DNA from: the human T2T-CHM13v2.0 reference genome, Homo sapiens
Strand: one strand, 5' to 3'
Length of the DNA: 64,000 nt
Assembly (NCBI RefSeq): GCF_009914755.1
Contig: NC_060943.1
Position 1 is the first letter of the stretch. The number at the start of each line of letters is the position of its first letter. The notes below the pieces were generated by a model. That model worked only from the letters and a program-made list of their open reading frames with translations. It made no database searches and was not told the origin of the DNA. Of the stretch, positions 26,701 to 40,300 are shown piece after piece. The translations under genes were made by a program, and so were the position numbers.

Positions 26701-29700
26701 AATTTGCAAGTGGAGATTTCAGCCGCTTTGAGGTCAATGGTAGAATAGGAAATATCTTCCTATAGAAACTAGACAGAATGATTCTCAGAAACTCCTTTGT
26801 GATGTGTGCGTTCAACTCACAGAGTTCAACCTTTCTTTTCATAGAGCAGTTGGGAAACACTCTGTTTGTAAAGTCTGCAAGTGGATATTCAGACATCCTT
26901 GAGGCTTTCGTTGGAAACGGGATTTCTTCATATTCTGCTAGAAAGAAGAATTCTCAGTAACTTCCTTGTGTTGTGTGTATTCAACTCACAGAGTTGAACG
27001 ATCCTTTACACAGAGCAGACTTGAAACACTCTTTTTGTGGAATTTGCAAGTGGAGATTTCAGCCGCTTTGAGTTCAATGGTAGAATAGGAAATATCTTCC
27101 TATAGAAACTAGACAGAATGATTCTCAGAAACTCCTTTGTGATGTGTGCGTTCAACTCACAGAGTTCAACCTTTCTTATCATAGAGCAGTTGGGAAACAC
27201 TCTGTTTGTAAAGTCTGCAAGTGGATATTCAGACTTCTTTGAGGCCTTCGTTGGAAGCGGGATTTCTTCATATTCTGCTAGACAGAAGAATTCTCAGTAA
27301 CTGCCTTGTGTTGTGTGTATTCAACTCACAGAGTTGAACGATCCTTTACACAGAGCAGACTTGAAACACTCTTTTTGTGTAATTTGCAAGTGGAGATTTC
27401 AGCCGCTTTGAGGTCAATGGTAGAAAAGGAAATATCTTCGTATAAAAACTAGACAGAATGATTCTCAGAAACTCCTTTGTGATGTGTGCGTTCAACTCAC
27501 AGAGTTTAACCTTTCTTTTCATAGAGCAGTTAGGAAACACTCTGTTTGTAAAGTCTGCAAGTGGATATTCAGACCTCCTTGAGGACTTCGTTGGAAACGG
27601 GATTTCTTCATATTATGCTAGACAGAAGAATTCTCAGTAACTTCCTTGTGTTGTGTGTATTCAACTCACAGAGTTGAACGATCCTTTACACAGAGCAGAC
27701 TTGAAACACTCTTTTTGTGGAATTTGCAAGTGGAGATTTCAGCCGCTTTGAGGTCAATGGTAGAATAGGAAATATCTTCATATAGAAACTAGACAGAATG
27801 ATTCTCAGAAACTCCTTTGTGATGTGTGCATTCAACTCACACAGTTTAACTTTTCTTTTCATAGAGCAGTTAGAAAACACTCTGTTTGTAAAGTCTGCAA
27901 GTGGATATTCAGACCTCCTTGAGGCATTCGTTGGAAACGGGATTTCTTCATATTATGCTAGACAGAAGAATTCTCAGTAACTTCCTTGTGTTGTGTGTAT
28001 TCAACTCACAGAGTTGAACGATCCTTTACACAGAGCAGACTTGAAACACTCTTTTTGTGGAATTTGCAAGTGGAGATTTCAGCCGCTTTGAGGTCAATGT
28101 TAGAATAGGAAATATCTTCCTATAGAAACTAGACAGAATGATTCTCAGAACCTCCTTTGTGATGTGTGCGTTCAACTCACAGAGTTTAACCTTTCTTTTC
28201 ATAGAGCAGTTAGGAAACACTCTGTTTGTAAAGTCTGCAAGTGGATATTCAGACATCCTTGAGGCTTTCGTTGGAAACGGGATTTCTTCATATTCTGCTA
28301 GAAAGAAGAATTCTCAGTAACTTCCTTGTGTTGTGTGTATTCAACTCACAGAGTTGAACGATCCTTTACACAGAGCAGACTTGAAACACTCTTTTTGTGG
28401 AATTTGCAAGTGGAGATTTCAGCCGCTTTGAGTTCAATGGTAGAATAGGAAATATCTTCCTATAGAAAGTAGACAGAATGATTCTCAGAAACTCCTTTGT
28501 GATGTGTGCGTTCAACTCACAGAGTTTAACCTTTCTTTTCATAGAGCAGTTAGGAAACACTCTGTTTGTAAAGTCTGCAAGTGGATATTCAGACCTCCTT
28601 GAGGCCTTCGTTGGAAACGGGATTTCTTCATATTATGCTAGACAGAAGAATTCTCAGTAACTTCCTTGTGTTGTGTGTATTCAACTCACAGAGTTGAACG
28701 ATCCTTTACACAGAGCAGACTTGAAACACTCTTTTTGTGGAATTTGCAAGTGGAGATTTCAGCCGCTTTGAGTTCAATGGTAGAATAGGAAATATCTTCC
28801 TATAGAAACTAGACAGAATGATTCTCAGAAACTCCTTTGTGATGTGTGCGTTCAACTCACAGAGTTCAACCTTTCTTTTAATAGAGCAGTTGGGAAACAC
28901 TCTGTTTGTAAAGTCTGCAAGTGGATATTCAGACTTCTTTGAGGCCTTCGTTGGAAGCGGGATTTCTTCATATTCGGCTAGACAGAAGAATTCTCAGTAA
29001 CTTCCTTGTGTTGTGTGTATTCAACTCACAGAGTTGAACGATCCTTTACACAGAGCAGACTTGAAACACTCTTTTTGTGGAATTTGCAAGTGGAGATTTC
29101 AGCCGCTTTGAGGTCAATGGTAGAATAGGAAATATCTTCCTATAGAAACTAGACAGAATGATTCTCAGAAACTCCTTTGTGATGTGTGCGTTCAACTCAC
29201 AGAGTTTAACCTTTCTTTTCATAGAGCAGTTGGGAAACACTCTGTTTGTAAAGTCTGCAAGTGGATATTCAGACATCCTTGAGGCTTTCGTTGGAAACGG
29301 GATTTCTTCATATTCTGCTAGAAAGAAGAATTCTCAGTAACTTCCTTGTGTTGTGTGTATTCAACTCACAGAGTTGAACGATCCTTTACACAGAGCAGAC
29401 TTGAAACACTCTTTTTGCGGAATTTGCAAGTGGACATTTCAGCCGCTTTGAGGTCAATGGTAGAATAGGAAATATCTTCCTATAGAAACTAGACAGAATG
29501 ATTCTCAGAAACTCCTTTGTGATGTGTGCGTTCAACTCACACAGTTTAACCTTTCTTTTCATAGAGCAGTTAGGAAACACTCTGTTTGTAAAGTCTGCAA
29601 GTGGATATTCAGACCTCCTTGAGGCCTTCGTTGGAAACGGGATTTCTTCATATTATGCTAGACAGAAGAATTCTCAGTAACTTCCTTGTGTTGTGTGTAT

Positions 29701-30239
29701 TCAACTCACAGAGTTGAACGATCCTTTACACAGAGCAGACTTGAAACACTCTTTTTGTGGAATTTGCAAGTGGAGATTTCAGCCGCTTTGAGTTCAATGG
29801 TAGAATAGGAAATATCTTCCTATAGAAACTAGACAGAATGATTCTCAGAAACTCCTTTGTGATGTGTGCGTTCAACTCACAGAGTTCAACCTTTCTTTTC
29901 ATAGAGCAGTTGGGAAACACTCTGTTTGTAAAGTCTGCAAGTGGATATTCAGACTTCTTTGAGGCCTTCGTTGGAAGCGGGATTTCTTCATGTTCTGCTA
30001 GACAGAAGAATTCTCAGTAACTTCCTTGTGTTGTGTGTATTCAACTCACAGAGTTGAACGATCCTTTACACAGAGCAGACTTGAAACACTCTTTTTGTGG
30101 AATTTGCAAGTGGAGATTTCAGCCGCTTTGAGGTCAATGGTAGAATAGGAAATATCTTCCTATAGAAACTAGACAGAATGATTCTCAGAAACTCCTTTGT
30201 GATGTGTGCGTTCAACTCACAGAGTTTAACCTTTCTTTT

Positions 30240-33200
30240 CATAGCGCAGTTGGGAAACACTCTGTTTGTAAAGTCTGCAAGTGGATATTCAGACATCCTT
30301 GAGGCTTTCGTTGGAAACGGGATTTGTTCATATTCTGCTAGAAAGAAGAATTCTCAGTAACTTCCTTGTGTTGTGTGTATTCAACTCACAGAGTTGAACG
30401 ATCCTTTACACAGAGCAGACTTGAAACACTCTTTTTGTGGAATTTGCAAGTGGAGATTTCAGCCGCTTTGAGGTCAATGGTAGAATAGGAAATATCTTCC
30501 TATAGAAACTAGACAGAATGATTCTCAGAAACTCCTTTGTGATGTGTGCGTTCAACTCACAGAGTTTAACCTTTCTTTTCATAGAGCAGTTGGGAAACAC
30601 TCTGTTTGTAAAGTCTGCAAGTGGATATTCAGACATCCTTGAGGCTTTCGTTGGAAACGGGATTTCTTCATATTCTGCTAGAAGGAAGAATTCTCAGTAA
30701 CTTCCTTGTGTTGTGTGTATTCAACTCACAGAGTTGAACGATCCTTTATACAGAGCAGACTTGAAACACTCTTTTTGTGGAATTTGCAAGTGGAGATTTC
30801 AGCCGCTTTGAGGTCAATGGTAGAATAGGAAATATCTTCCTATAGAAACTAGACAGAATGATTCTCAGAAACTCCTTTGTGATGTGTGCGTTCAACTCAC
30901 ACAGTTTAACCTTTCTTTTCATAGAGCAGTTGGGAAACACTCTGTTTGTAAAGTCTGCAAGTGGATATTCAGACCTCCTTGAGGCCTTCGTTGGAAACGG
31001 GATTTCTTCATATTATGCTAGACAGAAGAATTCTCAGTAACTTCCTTGTGTTGTGTGTATTCAACTCACAGAGTTGAACGATCCTTTACACAGAGCAGAC
31101 TTGAAACACTCTTTTTGTGGAATTTGCAAGTGGAGATTTCAGCCGCTTTGAAGTCAATGGTAGAATAGGAAATATCTTCCTATAGAAACTAGACAGAATG
31201 ATTCTCAGAAACTCCTTTGTGATGTGTGCGTTCAACTCACACAGTTTAACCTTTCTTTTCATAGAGCAGTTAGGAAACACTCTGTTTGTAAAGTCTGCAA
31301 GTGGATATTCAGACCTCCTTGAGGCCTTCGTTGGAAACGGGATTTCTTCATATTCTGCTAGAAAGAAGAATTCTCAGTAACTTCCTTGTGTTGTGTGTAT
31401 TCAACTCACAGAGTTGAACGATCCTTTACACAGAGCAGACTTGAAACACTCTTTTTGTGGAATTTGCAAGTGGAGATTTCAGCCGCTTTGAGGTCAATGG
31501 TAGAATAGGAAATATCTTCCTATAGAAACTAGACAGAATGATTCTCAGAAACTCCTTTGTGATGTGTGCGTTCAACTCACAGAGTTTAACCTTTCTTTTC
31601 ATAGAGCAGTTAGGAAACACTCTGTTTGTAAAGTCTGCAAGTGGATATTCAGACATCCTTGAGGCTTTCGTTGGAAACGGGATTTCTTCATATTCTGCTA
31701 GAAAGAAGAATTCTCAGTAACTTCCTTGTGTTGTGTGTATTCAACTCACAGAGTTGAACGATCCTTTACACAGAGCAGACTTGAAACACTCTTTTTGTGG
31801 AATTTGCAAGTGGAGATTTCAGCCGCTTTGAGGTCAATGGTAGAATAGGAAATATCTTCCTATAGAAACTAGACAGAATGATTCTCAGAAACTCCTTTGT
31901 GATGTGTGCGTTCAACTCACAGAGTTCAACCTTTCTTTTCATAGAGCAGTTGGGAAACACTCTGTTTGTAAAGTCTGCAAGTGGATATTCAGACATCCTT
32001 GAGGCTTTCGTTGGAAACGGGATTTCTTCATATTCTGCTAGAAAGAAGAATTCTCAGTAACTTCCTTGTGTTGTGTGTATTCAACTCACAGAGTTGAACG
32101 ATCCTTTACACAGAGCAGACTTGAAACACTCTTTTTGTGGAATTTGCAAGTGGAGATTTCAGCCGCTTTGAGTTCAATGGTAGAATAGGAAATATCTTCC
32201 TATAGAAACTAGACAGAATGATTCTCAGAAACTCCTTTGTGATGTGTGCGTTCAACTCACAGAGTTCAACCTTTCTTTTCATAGAGCAGTTGGGAAACAC
32301 TCTGTTTGTAAAGTCTGCAAGTGGATATTCAGACTTCTTTGAGGCCTTCGTTGGAAGCGGGATTTCTTCATATTCTGCTAGACAGAAGAATTCTCAGTAA
32401 CTGCCTTGTGTTGTGTGTATTCAACTCACAGAGTTGAACGATCCTTTACACAGAGCAGACTTGAAACACTCTTTTTGTGGAATTTGCAAGTGGAGATTTC
32501 AGCCGCTTTGAGGTCAATGGTAGAATAGGAAATATCTTCCTATAGAAACTAGACAGAATGATTCTCAGAAACTCCTTTGTGATGTGTGCGTTCAACTCAC
32601 AGAGTTTACCCTTTCTTTTCATAGAGCAGTTAGGAAACACTCTGTTTGTAAAGTCTGCAAGTGGATATTCAGACATCCTTGAGGCTTTCGTTGGAAACGG
32701 GATTTCTTCATATTCTGCTAGAAAGAAGAATTCTCAGTAACTTCCTTGTGTTGTGTGTATTCAACTCACAGAGTTGAACGATCCTTTACACAGAGCAGAC
32801 TTGAAACACTCTTTTTGTGGAATTTGCAAGTGGAGATTTCAGCCGCTTTGAGGTCAATGGTAGAATAGGAAATATCTTCCTATAGAAACTAGACAGAATG
32901 ATTCTCAGAAACTCCTTTGTGATGTGTGCGTTCAACTCACAGAGTTCAACCTTTCTTTTCATAGAGCAGTTGGGAAACACTCTGTTTGTAAAGTCTGCAA
33001 GTGGATATTCAGACTTCTTTGAGGCCTTCGTTGGAAGCGGGATTTCTTCATGTTCTGCTAGACAGAAGAATTCTCAGTAACTGCCTTGTGTTGTGTGTAT
33101 TCAACTCACAGAGTTGAACGATCCTTTACACAGAGCAGACTTGAAACACTCCTTTTGTGGAATTTGCAAGTGGAGATTTCAGCCGCTTTGAGGTCAATGG

Positions 33201-36200
33201 TAGAATAGGAAATATCTTCCTATAGAAACTAGACAGAATGATTCTCAGAAACTCCTTTGTGATGTGTGCGTTCAACTCACAGAGTTTAACCTTTCTTTTC
33301 ATAGCGCAGTTGGGAAACACTCTGTTTGTAAAGTCTGCAAGTGGATATTCAGACATCCTTGAGGCTTTCGTTGGAAACGGGATTTGTTCATATTCTGCTA
33401 GAAAGAAGAATTCTCAGTAACTTCCTTGTGTTGTGTGTATTCAACTCACAGAGTTGAACGATCCTTTACACAGAGCAGACTTGAAACACTCTTTTTGTGG
33501 AATTTGCAAGTGGAGATTTCAGCCGCTTTGAGGTCAATGGTAGAATAGGAAATATCTTCCTATAGAAACTAGACAGAATGATTCTCAGAAACTCCTTTGT
33601 GATGTGTGCGTTCAACTCACAGAGTTTAACCTTTCTTTTCATAGAGCAGTTGGGAAACACTCTGTTTGTAAAGTCTGCAAGTGGATATTCAGACATCCTT
33701 GAGGCTTTCGTTGGAAACGGGATTTCTTCATATTCTGCTAGAAGGAAGAATTCTCAGTAACTTCCTTGTGTTGTGTGTATTCAACTCACAGAGTTGAACG
33801 ATCCTTTATACAGAGCAGACTTGAAACACTCTTTTTGTGGAATTTGCAAGTGGAGATTTCAGCCGCTTTGAGGTCAATGGTAGAATAGGAAATATCTTCC
33901 TATAGAAACTAGACAGAATGATTCTCAGAAACTCCTTTGTGATGTGTGCGTTCAACTCACACAGTTTAACCTTTCTTTTCATAGAGCAGTTGGGAAACAC
34001 TCTGTTTGTAAAGTCTGCAAGTGGATATTCAGACCTCCTTGAGGCCTTCGTTGGAAACGGGATTTCTTCATATTATGCTAGACAGAAGAATTCTCAGTAA
34101 CTTCCTTGTGTTGTGTGTATTCAACTCACAGAGTTGAACGATCCTTTACACAGAGCAGACTTGAAACACTCTTTTTGTGGAATTTGCAAGTGGAGATTTC
34201 AGCCGCTTTGAAGTCAATGGTAGAATAGGAAATATCTTCCTATAGAAACTAGACAGAATGATTCTCAGAAACTCCTTTGTGATGTGTGCGTTCAACTCAC
34301 ACAGTTTAACCTTTCTTTTCATAGAGCAGTTAGGAAACACTCTGTTTGTAAAGTCTGCAAGTGGATATTCAGACCTCCTTGAGGCCTTCGTTGGAAACGG
34401 GATTTCTTCATATTCTGCTAGAAAGAAGAATTCTCAGTAACTTCCTTGTGTTGTGTGTATTCAACTCACAGAGTTGAACGATCCTTTACACAGAGCAGAC
34501 TTGAAACACTCTTTTTGTGGAATTTGCAAGTGGAGATTTCAGCCGCTTTGAGGTCAATGGTAGAATAGGAAATATCTTCCTATAGAAACTAGACAGAATG
34601 ATTCTCAGAAACTCCTTTGTGATGTGTGCGTTCAACTCACAGAGTTTAACCTTTCTTTTCATAGAGCAGTTAGGAAACACTCTGTTTGTAAAGTCTGCAA
34701 GTGGATATTCAGACATCCTTGAGGCTTTCGTTGGAAACGGGATTTCTTCATATTCTGCTAGAAAGAAGAATTCTCAGTAACTTCCTTGTGTTGTGTGTAT
34801 TCAACTCACAGAGTTGAACGATCCTTTACACAGAGCAGACTTGAAACACTCTTTTTGTGGAATTTGCAAGTGGAGATTTCAGCCGCTTTGAGGTCAATGG
34901 TAGAATAGGAAATATCTTCCTATAGAAACTAGACAGAATGATTCTCAGAAACTCCTTTGTGATGTGTGCGTTCAACTCACAGAGTTCAACCTTTCTTTTC
35001 ATAGAGCAGTTGGGAAACACTCTGTTTGTAAAGTCTGCAAGTGGATATTCAGACATCCTTGAGGCTTTCGTTGGAAACGGGATTTCTTCATATTCTGCTA
35101 GAAAGAAGAATTCTCAGTAACTTCCTTGTGTTGTGTGTATTCAACTCACAGAGTTGAACGATCCTTTACACAGAGCAGACTTGAAACACTCTTTTTGTGG
35201 AATTTGCAAGTGGAGATTTCAGCCGCTTTGAGTTCAATGGTAGAATAGGAAATATCTTCCTATAGAAACTAGACAGAATGATTCTCAGAAACTCCTTTGT
35301 GATGTGTGCGTTCAACTCACAGAGTTCAACCTTTCTTTTCATAGAGCAGTTGGGAAACACTCTGTTTGTAAAGTCTGCAAGTGGATATTCAGACTTCTTT
35401 GAGGCCTTCGTTGGAAGCGGGATTTCTTCATATTCTGCTAGACAGAAGAATTCTCAGTAACTGCCTTGTGTTGTGTGTATTCAACTCACAGAGTTGAACG
35501 ATCCTTTACACGGAGCAGACTTGAAACACTCTTTTTGTGGAATTTGCAAGTGGAGATTTCAGCCGCTTTGAGGTCAATGGTAGAATAGGAAATATCTTCC
35601 TATAGAAACTAGACAGAATGATTCTCAGAAACTCCTTTGTGATGTGTGCGTTCAACTCACAGAGTTTAACCTTTCTTTTCATAGAGCAGTTAGGAAACAC
35701 TCTGTTTGTAAAGTCTGCAAGTGGATATTCAGACATCCTTGAGGCTTTCGTTGGAAACGGGATTTCTTCATATTCTGCTAGAAAGAAGAATTCTCAGTAA
35801 CTTCCTTGTGTTGTGTGTATTCAACTCACAGAGTTGAACGATCCTTTACACAGAGCAGACTTGAAACACTCTTTTTGTGGAATTTGCAAGTGGAGATTTC
35901 AGCCGCTTTGAGGTCAATGGTAGAATAGGAAATATCTTCCTATAGAAACTAGACAGAATGATTCTCAGAAACTCCTTTGTGATGTGTGCGTTCAACTCAC
36001 AGAGTTCAACCTTTCTTTTCATAGAGCAGTTGGGAAACACTCTGTTTGTAAAGTCTGCAAGTGGATATTCAGACATCCTTGAGGCTTTCGTTGGAAACGG
36101 GATTTCTTCATATTCTGCTAGAAAGAAGAATTCTCAGTAACTTCCTTGTGTTGTGTGTATTCAACTCACAGAGTTGAACGATCCTTTACACAGAGCAGAC

Positions 36201-37380
36201 TTGAAACACTCTTTTTGTGGAATTTGCAAGTGGAGATTTCAGCCGCTTTGAGTTCAATGGTAGAATAGGAAATATCTTCCTATAGAAACTAGACAGAATG
36301 ATTCTCAGAAACTCCTTTGTGATGTGTGCGTTCAACTCACAGAGTTCAACCTTTCTTTTCATAGAGCAGTTGGGAAACACTCTGTTTGTAAAGTCTGCAA
36401 GTGGATATTCAGACTTCTTTGAGGCCTTCGTTGGAAGCGGGATTTCTTCATATTCTGCTAGACAGAAGAATTCTCAGTAACTGCCTTGTGTTGTGTGTAT
36501 TCAACTCACAGAGTTGAACGATCCTTTACACAGAGCAGACTTGAAACACTCTTTTTGTGGAATTTGCAAGTGGAGATTTCAGCCGCTTTGAGGTCAATGG
36601 TAGAATAGGAAATATCTTCCTATAGAAACTAGACAGAATGATTCTCAGAAACTCCTTTGTGATGTGTGCGTTCAACTCACAGAGTTTACCCTTTCTTTTC
36701 ATAGAGCAGTTAGGAAACACTCTGTTTGTAAAGTCTGCAAGTGGATATTCAGACATCCTTGAGGCTTTCGTTGGAAACGGGATTTCTTCATATTCTGCTA
36801 GAAAGAAGAATTCTCAGTAACTTCCTTGTGTTGTGTGTATTCAACTCACAGAGTTGAACGATCCTTTACACAGAGCAGACTTGAAACACTCTTTTTGTGG
36901 AATTTGCAAGTGGAGATTTCAGCCGCTTTGAGGTCAATGGTAGAATAGGAAATATCTTCCTATAGAAACTAGACAGAATGATTCTCAGAAACTCCTTTGT
37001 GATGTGTGCGTTCAACTCACAGAGTTCAACCTTTCTTTTCATAGAGCAGTTGGGAAACACTCTGTTTGTAAAGTCTGCAAGTGGATATTCAGACTTCTTT
37101 GAGGCCTTCGTTGGAAGCGGGATTTCTTCATGTTCTGCTAGACAGAAGAATTCTCAGTAACTGCCTTGTGTTGTGTGTATTCAACTCACAGAGTTGAACG
37201 ATCCTTTACACAGAGCAGACTTGAAACACTCCTTTTGTGGAATTTGCAAGTGGAGATTTCAGCCGCTTTGAGGTCAATGGTAGAATAGGAAATATCTTCC
37301 TATAGAAACTAGACAGAATGATTCTCAGAAACTCCTTTGTGATGTGTGCGTTCAACTCACAGAGTTTAACCTTTCTTTTC
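30240..37380 (+). repeat. 9-dimer (3,060 bp) duplication whose second copy contains an internal 3-dimer (1,020 bp) duplication; ends approximate
   Basis: atagCgcag at 30245 and 33305. The gaagGaag, tttaTa and aAgtc variants recur at +3,060. The dimer triplet at ~34490-35500 is repeated at ~35510-36520. Confidence 0.8.
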
Positions 37381-40300
37381 ATAGAGCAGTTAGGAAACAC
37401 TCTGTTTGTAAAGTCTGCAAGTGGATAATCAGACATCCTTGAGGCTTTCGTTGGAAACGGGATTTCTTCATATTCTGCTAGAAAGAAGAATTCTCAGTAA
37501 CTTCCTTGTGTTGTGTGTATTCAACTCACAGAGTTGAACGATCCTTTACACAGAGCAGACTTGAAACACTCTTTTTGTGGAATTTGCAAGTGGAGATTTC
37601 AGCCGCTTTGAGGTCAATGGTAGAATAGGAAATATCTTCCTATAGAAACTAGACAGAATGATTCTCAGAAACTCCTTTGTGATGTGTGCGTTCAACTCAC
37701 AGAGTTTAACCTTTCTTTTCATAGAGCAGTTAGGAAACACTCTGTTTGTAAAGTCTGCAAGTGGATATTCAGACATCCTTGAGGCTTTCGTTGGAAACGG
37801 GATTTCTTCATATTCTGCTAGAAAGAAGAATTCTCAGTAACTTCCTTGTGTTGTGTGTATTCAACTCACAGAGTTGAACGATCCTTTACACAGAGCAGAC
37901 TTGAAACACTCTTTTTGTGGACTTTGCAAGTGGAGATTTCAGCCGCTTTGAGGTCAATGGTAGAATAGGAAATATCTTCCTATAGAAACTAGACAGAATG
38001 ATTCTCAGAAACTCCTTTGTGATGTGTGCGTTCAACTCACAGAGTTTAACCTTTCTTTTCATAGAGCAGTTGGGAAACACTCTGTTTGTAAAGTCTGCAA
38101 GTGGATATTCAGACATCCTTGAGGCTTTCGTTGGAAACGGGATTTCTTCATATTCTGCTAGAAAGAAGAATTCTCAGTAACTTCCTTGTGTTGTGTGTAT
38201 TCAACTCACAGAGTTGAACGATCCTTTACACAGAGCAGACTTGAAACACTCTTTTTGTGGAATTTGCAAGTGGAGATTTCAGCCGCTTTGAGGTCAATGG
38301 TAGAATAGGAAATATCTTCCTATAGAAACTAGACAGAATGATTCTCAGAAACTCCTTTGTGATGTGTGCGTTCAACTCACAGAGTTTAACCTTTCTTTTC
38401 ATAGAGCAGTTAGGAAACACTCTGTTTGTAAAGTCTGCAAGTGGATATTCAGACATCCTTGAGGCTTTCGTTGGAAACGGGATTTCTTCATATTCTGCTA
38501 GAAAGAAGAATTCTCAGTAACTTCCTTGTGTTGTGTGTATTCAACTCACAGAGTTGAACGATCCTTTACACAGAGCAGACTTGAAACACTCTTTTTGTGG
38601 AATTTGCAAGTGGAGATTTCAGCCGCTTTGAGGTCAATGGTAGAATAGGAAATATCTTCCTATAGAAACTAGACAGAATGATTCTCAGAAACTCCTTTGT
38701 GATGTGTGCGTTCAACTCACAGAGTTTAACCTTTCTTTTCATAGAGCAGTTGGGAAACACTCTGTTTGTAAAGTCTGCAAGTGGATATTCAGACATCCTT
38801 GAGGCATTCGTTGGAAACGGGATTTCTTCATATTATGCTAGACAGAAGAATTCTCAGTAACTTCCTTGTGTTGTGTGTATTCAACTCACAGAGATGAACG
38901 ATCCTTTACACAGAGCAGACTTGAAACACTCTTTTTGTGGAATTTGCAAGTGGAGATTTCAGCCGCTTTGAGGTCAATGGTAGAATAGGAAATATCTTCC
39001 TATAGAAACTAGACAGAATGATTCTCAGAAACTCCTTTGTGATGTGTGCGTTCAACTCACACAGTTCAACCTTTCTTTTCATAGAGCAGTTGGGAAACAC
39101 TCTGTTTGTAAAGTCTGCAAGTGGATATTCAGACTTCTTTGAGGCCTTCGTTGGAAGCGGGATTTCTTCATGTTCTGCTAGACAGAAGAATTCTCAGTAA
39201 CTGCCTTGTGTTGTGTGTATTCAACTCACAGAGTTGAACGATCCTTTACACAGAGCAGACTTGAAACACTCTTTTTGTGGAATTTGCAAGTGGAGATTTC
39301 AGCCGCTTTGAGGTCAATGGTAGAATAGGAAATATCTTCCTATAGAAACTAGACAGAATGATTCTGAGAAACTCCTTTGTGATGTGTGCGTTCAACTCAC
39401 ACAGTTTAACCTTTCTTTTCATAGAGCAGTTAGGAAACACTCTGTTTGTAAAGTCTGCAAGTGGATATTCAGACCTCCTTGAGGCCTTCGTTGGAAACGG
39501 GATTTCTTCATATTATGCTAGACAGAAGAATTCTCAGTAACTTCCTTGTGTTGTGTGTATTCAACTCACAGAGTTGAACGATCCTTTACACAGAGCAGAC
39601 TTGAAACACTCTTTTTGTGGAATTTGCAAGTGGAGATTTCAGCCGCTTTGAGTTCAATGGTAGAATAGGAAATATCTTCCTATAGAAACTAGACAGAATG
39701 ATTCTCAGAAACTCCTTTGTGATGTGTGCGTTCAACTCACAGAGTTCAACCTTTCTTTTCATAGAGCAGTTGGGAAACACTCTGTTTGTAAAGTCTGCAA
39801 GTGGATATTCAGACTTCTTTGAGGCCTTCGTTGGAAGCGGGATTTCTTCATGTTCTGCTAGACAGAAGAATTCTCAGAAACTTCCTTGTGTTGTGTGTTT
39901 TCAACTCACAGAGTTGAACGATCCTTTACACAGAGCAGACTTGAAACACTCTTTTTGTGGAATTTGCAAGTGGAGATTTCAGCCGCTTTGAGGTCAATGG
40001 TAGAATAGGAAATATCTTCCTATAGAAACTAGACAGAATGATTCTCAGAAACTCCTTTGTGATGTGTGCGTTCAACTCACAGAGTTTAACCTTTCTTTTC
40101 ATAGAGCAGTTAGGAAACACTCTGTTTGTAAAATCTGCAAGTAGATATTCAGACATCTTTGAGGCCTTCGTTGGAAACGGGATTTCTTCATGTTCTGCTA
40201 GACAGAAGAATTCTCAGAAACTTCCTTGTGTTGTGTGTTTTCAACTCACAGAGTTGAACGATGCTTTACACAGAGTAGACCTGAAACACTCTTTTTGTGT

